The position numbers and the translations under genes are program-made. Positions 38,270 to 51,771 of a DNA stretch of 64,000 nt are shown one piece after another. The DNA is from Escherichia coli. Its GTDB lineage: Bacteria > Pseudomonadota > Gammaproteobacteria > Enterobacterales > Enterobacteriaceae. Below the pieces are notes generated by a model. It did no database searches and was not told the DNA's origin. It saw only the letters and a program-made list of their open reading frames with translations. Every line of letters starts with the position of its first letter. Within the stretch, counting starts at the first letter, position 1. The stretch lies in assembly GCF_009931435.1 (NCBI RefSeq), contig NZ_CP043414.1; one strand, given 5' to 3'.

Positions 38270-39430
38270 TTATTCAACAAAAATATGTGGATAAAACCGA
38301 GACATATCCTGGGTGATCAATGCACGGTCTTCACGAATGCCAATTCCGGCAGGTTGATCGTTCACCAGCCAGCTACCAATCAGCATATAGCTATCGCCGA
38401 ATTTCGGTAACGGGTGGAATTGCTGAACAATCATCCCTTCTTCGCCATACGGACCTTCTGCTGCTTCAATGGTTTTGCCGTTCTCAATGATCGACACGTT
38501 TGCGCCTTCACGGGAGAAGATCGGTTTAACCACATATTTTTCCATTTGCGGATGATCATCTTCCGCAAAATAAGCGGGCAACAGGTTTGGGTGATTCGGG
38601 AACATCTCCCACAGCAGCGGTAGAAGCGCCTTGTTGGAGATAATGCTCTTCCACGCCGGTTCCAGCCAGCGTACGCCTGCATCCTCCAGCTTGGTTGAGA
38701 ACATCTCACGCAGCATAAATTCCCACGGATACAGCTTGAACAGGTTGGAAATCACCTGATCCTGTAAATCCGTGAACTGACCTTTTTCGCCTAAACCGAT
38801 ATCGTCGATGTAGAGGAATTCGGTAGCGATTTCAGCTTCGGTTGCGCAGTCCTGCAAATATTGAATGGTGCCGCGATCTTCCACTGTATCGCGACAGCAG
38901 GTGAGATGTAGCAATTGGAAGCCGAACTGCTCACGCAGCTCGACAAAGCGATCAATAAGCTTTTCTTGCAGACTGTTAAACTGGTCGCTGCCTTCCGGCA
39001 GGTTACCGGCGTTAAGCTGATCTTCCAGCCAGATCCACTGAAAGAATGCGGCTTCATACAGTGACGTTGGCGTATCGGCGTTATTTTCCAGAAGTTTAGG
39101 TTCGCCAGTACCATCCCACGCCAGATCAAGACGCGAATAAAGCGATGGCTGGTGAGTCAGCCATGACTGGCGCACAAAACTCCAGGTGTGTTTTGGAATG
39201 CGGAATTTGGTCATCAGCTCATCGCTGGCGATCACTTTTTCAACCACTTTCAGGCACATCTGGTGCAGTTCGGCGGTGACTTCTTCCAGCTTTTCAACCT
39301 GGGCGAGGGTCAACTTGTAGTAAGCATCTTCACACCAGTACGGTTCGCCGTACATGGTGTGAAAATTGAAACCGTATTCGTGGGCTTTTTCGCGCCAGTC
39401 CGGGCGCTCGGTAATACTGACTCTTTCCAT
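38270..39430 (-). CDS. ygiC: Glutathionylspermidine synthase-like ATP-grasp protein
   Basis: ORF track 386 aa. Confidence 0.85.
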   Translation of the reverse strand: MERVSITERPDWREKAHEYGFNFHTMYGEPYWCEDAYYKLTLAQVEKLEEVTAELHQMCLKVVEKVIASDELMTKFRIPKHTWSFVRQSWLTHQPSLYSRLDLAWDGTGEPKLLENNADTPTSLYEAAFFQWIWLEDQLNAGNLPEGSDQFNSLQEKLIDRFVELREQFGFQLLHLTCCRDTVEDRGTIQYLQDCATEAEIATEFLYIDDIGLGEKGQFTDLQDQVISNLFKLYPWEFMLREMFSTKLEDAGVRWLEPAWKSIISNKALLPLLWEMFPNHPNLLPAYFAEDDHPQMEKYVVKPIFSREGANVSIIENGKTIEAAEGPYGEEGMIVQQFHPLPKFGDSYMLIGSWLVNDQPAGIGIREDRALITQDMSRFYPHIFVE

Positions 39431-39435
39431 CGGTA

Positions 39436-40107
39436 TCAGCCACCCATTGAACGAGAAGAGGTGCCAGTTGCGCTACGCTGCATGGTGCTTTGTTTGGCAA
39501 CAGATTCACCAAAGCCACCGCGGGTAACGGTAGTGGTGGTCGCCGGTTTTGGTGCCATGGCTGTCTTCGGTACGGTCATGGTGCGGCCTGGCTGAGCTGC
39601 GCCATAGTTTTTACCGGTGGCATCAGTATATTTACCGTAAGCCGGGCTGGCTGGGTTTTTCGAGGAGAACAGCGGTTGTTGTGCAAAGCCCGCGCCGCCG
39701 CCCATCAAACGTCCCATCATGTAACCTGCCATCAGCGGCATCCAGAAACTCCCGCTGGATTGCTGGGCCTGCGCCTGATTTTCAGGTGCCATGCCAGCCT
39801 GGGCTGGTGCCTGCTGGCACTGACCTTCACCAAATTCGGCAACACAGTCTTCACGTGTGGCGTATTTCGGCGCAGTACGTTCGGCTTCTTTCAGCGCATT
39901 GTTATACGCAGTGGTACATTCTGCGCTTTTGCCTGGGTTTGCGGCTGAGCAGTCATCAGCATTTTGATACAGAGACACTGTCTCATCACTCTTTTCACAG
40001 CCTGCCAGCATAAAAACAGTGGCAACAGCAAGAGCGACAGGTGTCAGATGGCGTGCGCTCCAGTTTTTGCGGAACGATGCGTGGCGTATGGATTTTGTCC
40101 GTTTCAT
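39436..40107 (-). CDS. ygiB: DUF1190 lipoprotein-like protein
   Basis: ORF track 39436..40140; likely start [12 protein letters not shown] at 40107. Confidence 0.8.
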
Positions 40108-40254
40108 TTTTGTCTTCCGGGACCAGTGGTAAATACCCATCAGAATAGAGGATGGCTGGTCGAAATTGAAGCGGGAAGGGGGAAGAATGCGGCAGATAAC
40201 CCGTATCTTTACGTTGCCTTACGTTCAGACGGGGCCGAAGCCCCGTCGTCAGCA

Positions 40255-41736
40255 TCAGTTACGGAAAGGGTTATGACCGTTACTGGTAGTCGTGCGTGCG
40301 GATGCTTGCTGAACGGCTGGGGCTGGGCTATCTGGTGCATAACCATCAGCAATAGCATTTTGTTCTGGCGTTTGCGGCGCAACGTTTTCTGGATTAGTGG
40401 AAACCGGTTTGCTCAGCGCATTGTTCAGTGCCAGCAGATCCTGCTCGTTCAACGTACCCAGAGCTGATTTAATATTCAACTGGTTAATCAGGTAGTTATA
40501 ACGCGCATTCGCCAACTCTTGCTTGGCGTTGTACAGCGTGGTGGTCGCATCCAACACATCAACAATGGTACGCGTACCGACCGAGTAGCCCGCTTCCATC
40601 GCGTCTAATGAGCTTTGAGCGGAAACTACGGCTTGTTTGTAGGCGTTAATGCTACTGATAGAAGCATTAATGTTGTTGAATGAGGAACGTACGGTTTGCA
40701 CGACGCTACGATGGGCGCTTTCCAGTTGCTCACTGGCACCAACAAAGTTGTACTGGGCCTGTTTCACCTGCGAGTTAACCATTCCGCCCTGATAAATCGG
40801 CAGCGAGAAGCTCAGGCCAACTTTGTTCTGGCCCATATTGCTATCGTCATACTGGGTACCAGCGGCACCACGGGTTTTCGAACCGCTATATGAGGTGTCA
40901 GAAATCCCGGTAGAAGCCGTTAAATCCAGAGTCGGTAAGTGACCATCCTGCGCCTGGCGAATTTGCTCGCGCGCCAGGTCTTGGCTCAAGCGTGCCTGTA
41001 ACAGCGACAGGTTGCGTTTTTCGGCTTCTTTCAGCAGCGCGTTAACCGGCTGCGGTTTGTCGGTTTTAAAGTTTTCGACATTCAGCGCCGCCAGTTCCGG
41101 ATAATAGTTACCGGTGATCTGACGCAGTTGCTCTACAGCGTTATCGAGGTTATTACGTGCGGTCACTTCATTCGCCAGCACGGTATCGTACTGTGCACGG
41201 GCGTTCTGCACGTCGGTGATCGCCACCAGGCCCACGTTAAAACGTTGAGTGGTTTGATCTAACTGACGGTAGATCGCTTCTTTTTGCGCCTGTGTATAGG
41301 AAAGAACGTCAATCGCATTCAACACGTTGAAATAAGCGGTCGCGGTGTTGAGGATCAAGGTTTGTTGATCGGTCTGATACGTGACGTCCTGAATACCCGC
41401 TGCTTTTTCCTGTAGCGTTAACGCACGCCATTTTGACATATCAAAAATGGATTGAGTTAACTGCAGGGACGCACTGGTCGCGTTAGAGTTGATGCCGTTC
41501 GCGTCGCGGTAGCCGTTGCTATAGGTGTAATCTGCACCTAAACCTAGCTGTGGCAGTAATGGACTGCGCGCTTCATTAATTTTTTCAAAGGCAGCATCAC
41601 GATCGGCGGCAGACTTACGCAATTCCGGGTTACTAAGGCGTGCTTGCTGATAAACTTGCATCAGGTTCTCGGCCTGGCTCAACGTACTGAACCCAGAAAG
41701 GCTCAGGCCGATAAGAATGGGGAGCAATTTCTTCAT
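40255..41736 (-). CDS. tolC: Outer-membrane efflux channel TolC
   Basis: ORF track 40255..41775; mature start MKKLLPILIGLSLSGFS at 41736. Confidence 0.95.
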   Translation of the reverse strand: MKKLLPILIGLSLSGFSTLSQAENLMQVYQQARLSNPELRKSAADRDAAFEKINEARSPLLPQLGLGADYTYSNGYRDANGINSNATSASLQLTQSIFDMSKWRALTLQEKAAGIQDVTYQTDQQTLILNTATAYFNVLNAIDVLSYTQAQKEAIYRQLDQTTQRFNVGLVAITDVQNARAQYDTVLANEVTARNNLDNAVEQLRQITGNYYPELAALNVENFKTDKPQPVNALLKEAEKRNLSLLQARLSQDLAREQIRQAQDGHLPTLDLTASTGISDTSYSGSKTRGAAGTQYDDSNMGQNKVGLSFSLPIYQGGMVNSQVKQAQYNFVGASEQLESAHRSVVQTVRSSFNNINASISSINAYKQAVVSAQSSLDAMEAGYSVGTRTIVDVLDATTTLYNAKQELANARYNYLINQLNIKSALGTLNEQDLLALNNALSKPVSTNPENVAPQTPEQNAIADGYAPDSPAPAVQQASARTTTSNGHNPFRN

Positions 41737-41940
41737 TTGCATTCCTTGTGGTGAAGCAGTATTTAGCGCGATCAAACTGTAAAATTATTGCGGATTCTAG
41801 CAGAAGCCGCTACCGCAAAAGGTTGGCGTTACGTGCCATAGGGCGTTAATGTGCCTCAATTTAACACATGACTGCTCAAACGGCAGTCAAACGTCGCTGA
41901 AATTCACATTTAATTCACTATTAGTGCCAGGACATTAACA

Positions 41941-42570
41941 ATGCTTAAGCCAGACAACCTGCCCGTTACTTTTGGCAAAAACGATGTTGAAATTATTGCA
42001 CGAGAAACACTTTATCGCGGCTTTTTTTCATTAGATCTTTATAGATTTCGTCATCGTCTATTCAACGGGCAAATGAGTCGTGAGGTACGGCGGGAAATTT
42101 TTGAGCGCGGTCACGCCGCAGTCTTGCTACCCTTTGACCCAGTGCGCGATGAAGTTGTGCTGATTGAGCAGATTCGGATTGCCGCGTATGACACCAGCGA
42201 AACCCCCTGGCTACTGGAGATGGTGGCCGGGATGATTGAAGAGGGTGAAAGTGTGGAAGATGTCGCCCGTCGCGAAGCGATTGAAGAGGCGGGACTGATA
42301 GTCAAACGGACCAAACCGGTGTTAAGTTTCCTGGCAAGCCCTGGGGGCACCAGTGAGCGTTCGTCAATTATGGTGGGCGAAGTGGACGCCACGACCGCAA
42401 GCGGTATTCACGGTCTGGCTGATGAAAACGAAGATATTCGCGTTCATGTGGTAAGCCGGGAACAGGCATACCAATGGGTAGAAGAGGGGAAAATCGACAA
42501 CGCAGCGTCGGTCATCGCTTTGCAATGGCTGCAGCTGCATCATCAAGCGTTAAAAAATGAGTGGGCATAA
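41941..42570 (+). CDS. nudF: ADP-ribose pyrophosphatase (Nudix)
   Basis: ORF track 209 aa; Nudix box [22 protein letters not shown]. Confidence 0.9.
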
Positions 42571-42993
42571 ATGAAGCGTTACACACCTGACTTTCCTGAA
42601 ATGATGCGCCTGTGCGAGATGAACTTTTCACAATTGCGGCGTTTGTTACCGCGCAATGACGCACCCGGCGAAACTGTAAGCTATCAGGTGGCAAACGCAC
42701 AATATCGGCTAACGATTGTGGAATCGACCCGATACACTACCCTGGTGACAATCGAACAGACTGCGCCCGCGATCAGTTACTGGAGCCTTCCGTCAATGAC
42801 GGTGCGTCTGTATCATGACGCGATGGTGGCTGAAGTGTGTTCAAGTCAGCAGATTTTTCGCTTCAAAGCGCGGTATGATTATCCTAATAAAAAGTTGCAT
42901 CAACGCGACGAAAAGCATCAAATTAACCAGTTTTTAGCGGACTGGTTGCGATACTGTTTAGCACATGGAGCGATGGCGATTCCGGTTTATTAG
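42571..42993 (+). CDS. yqiB: DUF1249 protein
   Basis: ORF track 140 aa. Confidence 0.8.
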
Positions 42994-43017
42994 CGTCGTG
43001 AAACCTAAGGACACCAT

Positions 43018-43845
43018 TTGGAAAGCCTGTTAACCCTTCCTCTGGCTGGTGAGGCCAGAGTCAGGATTTTACAAATTACCGACACTCACCTGTTTGCGCA
43101 AAAGCACGAAGCCCTGTTGGGGGTAAATACCTGGGAAAGCTACCAGGCGGTGCTGGAGGCGATTCGTCCACACCAGCACGAATTCGACCTGATTGTCGCG
43201 ACCGGTGATTTAGCGCAGGATCAATCCTCTGCGGCCTATCAGCATTTCGCTGAAGGCATCGCAAGTTTTCGTGCGCCCTGCGTCTGGCTGCCGGGCAACC
43301 ACGATTTTCAGCCTGCGATGTACAGCGCGCTACAGGATGCGGGGATTTCCCCGGCGAAGCGGGTGTTTATTGGTGAGCAATGGCAAATCCTGTTGCTGGA
43401 TAGCCAGGTGTTTGGCGTGCCGCACGGTGAGCTGAGCGAGTTTCAGCTTGAGTGGCTGGAACGTAAACTGGCCGATGCGCCAGAACGCCATACGTTGCTG
43501 CTGCTGCACCATCATCCGCTACCTGCGGGTTGTAGCTGGCTCGACCAACACAGTCTGCGTAACGCGGGCGAACTGGATAACGTGCTGGCGAAGTTTCCGA
43601 ACGTTAAATACTTGTTGTGTGGACATATCCATCAGGAGCTGGATCTCGACTGGAATGGTCGCCGCCTGCTGGCAACGCCATCGACCTGCGTGCAGTTTAA
43701 GCCGCACTGTTCCAACTTCACGCTGGACACCATAGCGCCTGGTTGGCGTACGCTGGAACTCCATGCCGATGGCACGTTGACCACCGAGGTGCACCGCCTG
43801 GCAGACTCCCGTTTCCAACCAGATACCGCTTCAGAAGGTTACTGA
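43018..43845 (+). CDS. cpdA: 3',5'-cyclic AMP phosphodiesterase (TTG start)
   Basis: ORF track 275 aa; metallophosphoesterase motifs GDLAQD, GNHD, GHIH. Confidence 0.9.
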   Translation: MESLLTLPLAGEARVRILQITDTHLFAQKHEALLGVNTWESYQAVLEAIRPHQHEFDLIVATGDLAQDQSSAAYQHFAEGIASFRAPCVWLPGNHDFQPAMYSALQDAGISPAKRVFIGEQWQILLLDSQVFGVPHGELSEFQLEWLERKLADAPERHTLLLLHHHPLPAGCSWLDQHSLRNAGELDNVLAKFPNVKYLLCGHIHQELDLDWNGRRLLATPSTCVQFKPHCSNFTLDTIAPGWRTLELHADGTLTTEVHRLADSRFQPDTASEGY

Positions 43846-44426
43846 TGTCGACGCTTCTTTATTTACACGGTTTCAATAGTTCGCCGCGTTCTGCGAAAGC
43901 GAGCTTGTTGAAAAACTGGCTGGCGGAACATCACCCTGACGTTGAGATGATCATTCCGCAGTTGCCGCCGTATCCTTCCGACGCGGCAGAACTGCTGGAA
44001 TCCATTGTCCTGGAACATGGCGGCGATTCACTGGGGATCGTCGGTTCATCACTGGGGGGATATTACGCCACCTGGTTGTCGCAATGTTTTATGCTGCCCG
44101 CCGTGGTGGTAAACCCAGCGGTGCGCCCGTTTGAACTGTTGACGGACTATCTCGGTCAGAACGAGAACCCCTACACCGGGCAGCAATATGTGCTAGAGTC
44201 ACGCCATATTTACGATCTCAAAGTCATGCAGATTGACCCGCTGGAAGCGCCGGATTTGATCTGGCTGCTGCAACAGACGGGAGATGAAGTGCTGGATTAC
44301 CGCCAGGCAGTTGCGTATTACGCCTCCTGCCGCCAGACGGTGATTGAAGGCGGTAACCACGCATTCACGGGCTTCGAAGATTATTTCAACCCGATCGTCG
44401 ATTTTCTTGGTCTGCACCATCTCTGA
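43845..44426 (+). CDS. yqiA: Esterase YqiA (alpha/beta hydrolase)
   Basis: ORF track 43743..44426; start [13 protein letters not shown] at 43845 overlapping cpdA stop (TGATG). Confidence 0.85.
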   Translation: MSTLLYLHGFNSSPRSAKASLLKNWLAEHHPDVEMIIPQLPPYPSDAAELLESIVLEHGGDSLGIVGSSLGGYYATWLSQCFMLPAVVVNPAVRPFELLTDYLGQNENPYTGQQYVLESRHIYDLKVMQIDPLEAPDLIWLLQQTGDEVLDYRQAVAYYASCRQTVIEGGNHAFTGFEDYFNPIVDFLGLHHL

Positions 44427-44451
44427 CGATCAACTCGAATTGCTAACTTAA

Positions 44452-46347
<1,896 letters not shown>

Positions 46348-46373
46348 TAATCCTCCCGCCAGAAGAATAAAAC

Positions 46374-46408
46374 ATAGCCCGGTATACAAGTGTATACCGG
46401 GCTTTTTT
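46374..46408. terminator. Bidirectional terminator between parE and the islet receptor gene
   Basis: gcccggtataca agtg tataccgggc followed by tttttt; receptor stop codon abuts at 46411. Confidence 0.7.
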
Positions 46409-46410
46409 GA

Positions 46411-48552
46411 TCAAAATTCCATTTTCACCGTGAATTGCACTTCACGAGGATCGCCAATCTGGTTGCCCAGATTATTTGTGGCGATGGAAGAGGTGTAATA
46501 CGTTTTATCAAACAGGTTTTTGACGTTTAATTGCAGTGTGACCGGATACTGCAATTTCATTTTGTATGCGGCGAAGGCATCGGCAACAAAATAGCCTGGC
46601 AGATAATAGTCAGCCCCATTGGTTGCCGAACGACGGCTTACACCATGTCCACCACCGCCAAACGTCAGTGTGTTATTGCCTGGCATGTTATGAATATCAT
46701 AGGTCAGGAATAGCGAACCGGTATGACGAGGAACATTCGGCAATGGTTTCCCTGCATAATCAGGATCCTCCAGAACCTTAGCATCGGTATAGCCGTAGCT
46801 GGCAATGATATTAATGTTTTCAGTTAATGCTCCCGCAAGGTCGACTTCTACCCCTCTTGAACGAACACGGCCTGCCGTTTTGGCAATGGTTTCATCACCA
46901 ACACTTTCGGTATACAACACATTACGTTTATGGATATCAAACAGCGCAATATCTGCGGTGATACCATCGAATAGCTCGAATTTTGCCCCGACTTCGTAAG
47001 CATTAGATGATTCTGGTGGTAGATCGCCAATGTAGCTGGCAATTGACGATTGCGGCATAAATGTTTGCGAATAATTGGCAAATAAGGATACCGATGGCGT
47101 CAGTTTGTAGACCAATCCCAGTTTGGGAGTCCATTGTTCATCGCGGCTGTCAGTATTGACATTAAAAGGACGGCCTTTACCCGCATACTGCGTGTAATAC
47201 TGATAGCGGAGCCCGGCGACGGCAATCCAGTTATCGGTCAGATAGAGTGCATCCTGTGCATAAGCTGAGTAGCTCTCCTGTTTGATCGTCTGATCACTGT
47301 CCGACGCCGAGACCGTTGTGCATTTGCTGGTATTGCCATAAACAGGGTTGTAGATATTGAAATCTTTAGCTTTTTTACAGCGAATCATATCTGTGCGCAG
47401 AAGATCATAATATTCATATGACACCCCACCCAGAATCTCATTATAGAATCCAGCAACATCAACATTCCCTTGCAGATCCGCACGAGTAGCATGCATACGC
47501 TGGGTAGATCCTTGAGTTGCATCAACACGCCGTGTCAGCGTTCCTGTCGTTGCATCATACGCGGTAACACGCGCCTGATTATCGCTGTATTTATCCTGGC
47601 TGTAGCTGTAATCAAAGCGCGCTGTCCACTGGCTATTGAGATGATATTCTGCGTTGAGTTGCGCCAGATCGGACTGACCATCTGTAATATTAAACGGTTC
47701 GTCAAAACGTATTTTTCGATCAACGTTTACGGGCTGTTTCGTCGTAAGGTCGAAAATCGTTCCACGATCGAACGGAGTTTTATAGTCCCGATGGGAATAG
47801 AGCATGGTTACTGTTGCATTATCACCAAACCAGGTGAGTGACGGGGCAATAAATGTACTGCGCTCTTTACCGAAGTTTCGCCAGTAATCTTCATCCTGCA
47901 CTTCCCCGGTAAGGCGATACGCCAGCTGAGTGCCTTCAATGGGACCTGTGATATCCAATTGCCCAGTGCCTCCGCCAAAACTGGAGGAAGTGGCTGAGAC
48001 AGTACCATGGAATGTTTTTTCCGGGCGCTTTGTCACGACGTTAATCAGTCCGCCAGGATCGAGAATGCCATACAGCGTGGAGGCCGGACCTTTTAGCACT
48101 TCCACACGTTCTGTGGCGGCGTTGAAACTGCGAGGAAGTACAGTTCGCAGGCCGTTGGTCATGATGGAGCCATCCCGGTTAGCACCAAACCCACGACGTA
48201 CAAAAGCATCCTGAGTCCCGCCTAATGTATTGGTCTGTACCACGTTACTGACGTTATAAAGTGCCTCATCCAGCGTCGTCGCATTCTGATTTTCCAGAAC
48301 TTGATCGCTAACCGTATTGACCACCTGCGGGATATCCAGCATCGGCATATCGGTTAATGTCGCCGTGGAGGTGCTCAGAGGTTGATAACCATCGGTCGCC
48401 TCAGTTGCGGTATTTGCATCCGCTGTAACAGTGATTGTTTCGCCATCTTTGGTCGTTACAGTGTCGGTTGCATGAATCATCGGTGCTGCAAAGAGCAGTG
48501 AAAAGAGCGCTCGACCTTTGAGTCCTGAGAATGAAGGTGTGAACATAGCCAT
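46411..48552 (-). CDS. TonB-dependent outer-membrane receptor (siderophore-type)
   Basis: ORF track 713 aa; signal peptide, TonB box ETITVTA, plug domain, C-terminal aromatic residue (FTVKMEF). Confidence 0.85.
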   Translation of the reverse strand: MAMFTPSFSGLKGRALFSLLFAAPMIHATDTVTTKDGETITVTADANTATEATDGYQPLSTSTATLTDMPMLDIPQVVNTVSDQVLENQNATTLDEALYNVSNVVQTNTLGGTQDAFVRRGFGANRDGSIMTNGLRTVLPRSFNAATERVEVLKGPASTLYGILDPGGLINVVTKRPEKTFHGTVSATSSSFGGGTGQLDITGPIEGTQLAYRLTGEVQDEDYWRNFGKERSTFIAPSLTWFGDNATVTMLYSHRDYKTPFDRGTIFDLTTKQPVNVDRKIRFDEPFNITDGQSDLAQLNAEYHLNSQWTARFDYSYSQDKYSDNQARVTAYDATTGTLTRRVDATQGSTQRMHATRADLQGNVDVAGFYNEILGGVSYEYYDLLRTDMIRCKKAKDFNIYNPVYGNTSKCTTVSASDSDQTIKQESYSAYAQDALYLTDNWIAVAGLRYQYYTQYAGKGRPFNVNTDSRDEQWTPKLGLVYKLTPSVSLFANYSQTFMPQSSIASYIGDLPPESSNAYEVGAKFELFDGITADIALFDIHKRNVLYTESVGDETIAKTAGRVRSRGVEVDLAGALTENINIIASYGYTDAKVLEDPDYAGKPLPNVPRHTGSLFLTYDIHNMPGNNTLTFGGGGHGVSRRSATNGADYYLPGYFVADAFAAYKMKLQYPVTLQLNVKNLFDKTYYTSSIATNNLGNQIGDPREVQFTVKMEF

Positions 48553-48650
48553 TTAGTCTGTTATCCCAAAAACTCGCGGATTGTCGCGAGTGAAAATTGT
48601 TTCTTATTGCTCACTAAGCACTATCCGTTTGTTATTTCGCCATCGGATAT

Positions 48651-48669
48651 GTAATTGAGAATCATTCAA
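48651..48669. promoter_or_regulatory. Candidate Fur box in the receptor/ABC divergent control region
   Basis: gtaattgagaatcattcaa, about 12/19 match to Fur consensus, core GAGAATCATT. Confidence 0.35.
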
Positions 48670-48925
48670 TCACGCGGTAATGTAGTAGTAAATGAGAAAT
48701 AACAAAAAATTGCTACATGTGTTTTTATGAAAGGTTTATACAATTTAATTGTTTTTAATTTATTAATATTTAATGTTTTTATTTTTATGTGCAAAAATAT
48801 TTTACCTGTTATTTACCTTGTTTTTGTGTGGCTTTTAACTGCTTGACTACTACATTTTGTGGCATCAAACTCTCAAAGGAGAATGAGTTTTATTTTTGTT
48901 TGTCTTTGATTAAGTTGGCGTACAC

Positions 48926-49735
48926 GTGGCACATAACGCAAAAGGGCAGGGGCTGATCCTCGACAATGTTTCTGCCGGGTATCACAAGAAAATCATTGTT
49001 GATGGTGTTTCTTTCTCCGTTCCCACAGAAAAAATGACCGTTCTGGTTGGGGCAAACGGCTGTGGAAAGTCGACGCTGCTCAGCACCATTGCTCGTATCT
49101 TGCATCCCATGGGCGGTTCGATATTGCTTGATGGCAACGCGATTCACGAGCAACCAACGAAAGCGTTATCCCGTAGACTTGGGATCTTGCCGCAGTCGCC
49201 ATTATTGCCGGAGGGCTTAACCGTTTATGAACTGGTGTCGCGTGGGCGTTTTCCCTGGCAGAATTTCATTCGTCAATGGAGCGACGCCGATGAGCTGGCG
49301 GTAGAAGAGGCCCTGAAATTAACGGGTACGCAGGAGTTTGCACATTTACCTGTTGAAAAACTCTCTGGTGGGCAGCGCCAGCGTTGCTGGATTGCGATGG
49401 TGTTGGCGCAAAAGACGCCTTATATCCTGCTGGATGAACCCACAACCTGGCTTGATTTACGTTATCAGGTTGAAATTCTTGAGTTATTACATGATTTAAC
49501 GCGTCATCACGGGCGTACAGTCGTCGTGGTGTTGCATGATCTGAATTTTGCCGTCAATTATGGCGATACGTTGATATTTTTACGCCAGGGGAAAGTGGTG
49601 CGTGTGTTGAATGAGGGGGAGCATTGCACGCCTGAGCTGGTAAAAGCGGTCTTTGACGTTGATGTTCACGCATCAATAAATCCTCTGACGGGAAAGCCGT
49701 TCTTCATGCCGTTTCGTGGTGTAGAAAAAGTATGA
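48926..49735 (+). CDS. Iron-siderophore ABC transporter ATP-binding protein (FecE/FepC-like)
   Basis: ORF track 269 aa; Walker A GANGCGKST, signature LSGGQRQR, Walker B ILLDEP; GTG start with weak SD. Confidence 0.85.
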   Translation: MAHNAKGQGLILDNVSAGYHKKIIVDGVSFSVPTEKMTVLVGANGCGKSTLLSTIARILHPMGGSILLDGNAIHEQPTKALSRRLGILPQSPLLPEGLTVYELVSRGRFPWQNFIRQWSDADELAVEEALKLTGTQEFAHLPVEKLSGGQRQRCWIAMVLAQKTPYILLDEPTTWLDLRYQVEILELLHDLTRHHGRTVVVVLHDLNFAVNYGDTLIFLRQGKVVRVLNEGEHCTPELVKAVFDVDVHASINPLTGKPFFMPFRGVEKV

Positions 49736-50715
49736 TGCGCACAGGGCTGGTTACTGTAATTTTCCTCGCCTTACTGCTGGTGGGATGCGTGGTATATCCA
49801 GGGATTGGTGCCCGATTTATTGCACCACAAACGGTGTTGCAGGCATTTCTTCATTTTGATCTGCAAAACTTCGATCACAACGTAATTGTAAGACTCCGTT
49901 TGCCGCGTTTAGCGGCAGCATTGCTTACCGGTGCTTCTCTTGGCGTTGCTGGTGCTTTGTTGCAGGCTGTCATTCGTAACCCATTGGGGGAGCCACATAT
50001 TTTAGGCTTAAATGCCGGAGCCGCTCTTGCTGTCGTTGCCGCCAGTGCGCTTGGACTGGCCTTTCCGATTGGACGCCCACTGCTGGCATCTACGGGGGGC
50101 GCGTTATTGTTCCTGTTGATATTGCTGCTTTCCTCCGCAGGGCGTTCAGGGTTAACGCCAATGAAAGTTACTTTATGCGGCGTGGCGCTATCGGCGTTCG
50201 TGTCCTCAATAACGGCTGCAATCCTGATTCTTGACGAACAAACACTGCTGGCGATGCGGACATGGCTAGCAGGTGATTTAGCGGGGCAGGATTGGGCGAC
50301 GCTGGGTACGTCCGCCTGGTTTTCTCTGGGGGGATTTGTGTTAGCCCTTTACCTTGCACCCTCCCTTAACATGTTGGCACTGGGCGATCGCATGGCGCAG
50401 GGGCTGGGCGTCTCTGTATTCCGCACGCGAACATTCACCCTGCTTGCGATCGCGTTGCTCTGTGGCGCAGCCGTATCGATTGCTGGCCCCATTGGTTTTG
50501 TCGGCCTGCTAGTACCGCAGATTGTCCGGCGTCTGGTATCAGCGGATCTGCGCGTTCTGCTCCCTCTTTCAGCTTGTGTCGGCGCACTTTTGTTATTACT
50601 GGCAGATATTATTGCCCGTACGCTTTTCACGCCCCATGAGTTAGCGACCGGTGTCATGACGGCGTTAGTTGGTGCGCCTGTTTTTGTCATTATGGCGACG
50701 AGGATGTTCAAATGA
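49732..50715 (+). CDS. ABC transporter permease (FecCD family)
   Basis: ORF track 327 aa polytopic; overlaps neighbours by 4 nt. Confidence 0.85.
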   Translation: MMRTGLVTVIFLALLLVGCVVYPGIGARFIAPQTVLQAFLHFDLQNFDHNVIVRLRLPRLAAALLTGASLGVAGALLQAVIRNPLGEPHILGLNAGAALAVVAASALGLAFPIGRPLLASTGGALLFLLILLLSSAGRSGLTPMKVTLCGVALSAFVSSITAAILILDEQTLLAMRTWLAGDLAGQDWATLGTSAWFSLGGFVLALYLAPSLNMLALGDRMAQGLGVSVFRTRTFTLLAIALLCGAAVSIAGPIGFVGLLVPQIVRRLVSADLRVLLPLSACVGALLLLLADIIARTLFTPHELATGVMTALVGAPVFVIMATRMFK

Positions 50716-51761
50716 GTCGGATAATGAACGTCGGGCTACGCCCACTACGTGTTGGTAAGTTTTCGACACTGGTACGCCCTAAAAATCTGCTGTTGCTTGG
50801 TGGGCTGTTCCTGCTTGCGGTTGGAATACTGATATTCGGTCTGATGCAGGGTTCTTTCTCTGTTCCGGCATCGGAAGTAGGACGAGCGTTGTTTGCTCCA
50901 GAAAACGTAAGCACAGACGCACGTTATATTGTGCAGGATATTCGCTTGCCGAGAGTCATCATGGCATTGCTATGCGGGGCCATGTTAGGTATGGCAGGGG
51001 CCGCAATGCAATCCATTGCACGTAACGGCCTTGCCGATCCTGGTTTAATCGGCGTCAAAGAAGGATGTAGCGTGGCTGTGCTGTGGCTGATTTTCCAGTT
51101 TCCAATGCTGGGAATGTTCTGGCGTCCAGTGGCTGGTCTTGCTGGCGGCCTGTTGGTGGCTTTAATCGTGATTTTTTGTGCGCGCGATATTTCCCGCCCG
51201 CGATTTGTTCTGATTGGTATTGGTGTTTCCTGGTTTTTCGCCGCCGGTATCGGTGTATTTATGACCACTGCAGATGTTCGAGATGTACAAACTGCATTGA
51301 TGTGGTTATCGGGAAGCCTGCATGCAGCTAACTGGATGTTAGTCGGTATTTCAGCCTGTTGGATGTTGCCAGCCGCTCTTTTATTGCTGTTCACCGCCAG
51401 GACGGCGGATATCGCTCTGCTTGGTCATCAGGTGGCAACCGGGTTAGGCGTGAATAGTTCTCGCCTGGCGTTGTTACGTGTCGCCGCACCCATAATCCTG
51501 ACAGCCGTCTGCGTTTCGTGTGTTGGTAACATAGGTTTTGTCGGATTGATAGCACCCCATATATCACGTTTTATTCTACGTGGCGGGCAGACGACATTAC
51601 TGCTGGGGAGCGCGGTATCGGGGGCGTTGTTAGTTATTCTGGCGGATAGCATTGGTCGTTTGGCTTTTTTGCCTTTGCAACTGCCTGCCGGAATCATTAT
51701 CTCACTGATTGGTGGACCATTTTTTTTGCTACTGCTCTGGCAGCGCAGGAACAGTTTTTAA
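50712..51761 (+). CDS. ABC transporter permease (FecCD family), second subunit
   Basis: ORF track 349 aa polytopic. Confidence 0.85.
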   Translation: MSRIMNVGLRPLRVGKFSTLVRPKNLLLLGGLFLLAVGILIFGLMQGSFSVPASEVGRALFAPENVSTDARYIVQDIRLPRVIMALLCGAMLGMAGAAMQSIARNGLADPGLIGVKEGCSVAVLWLIFQFPMLGMFWRPVAGLAGGLLVALIVIFCARDISRPRFVLIGIGVSWFFAAGIGVFMTTADVRDVQTALMWLSGSLHAANWMLVGISACWMLPAALLLLFTARTADIALLGHQVATGLGVNSSRLALLRVAAPIILTAVCVSCVGNIGFVGLIAPHISRFILRGGQTTLLLGSAVSGALLVILADSIGRLAFLPLQLPAGIIISLIGGPFFLLLLWQRRNSF

Positions 51762-51771
51762 CGGGAGTTAT

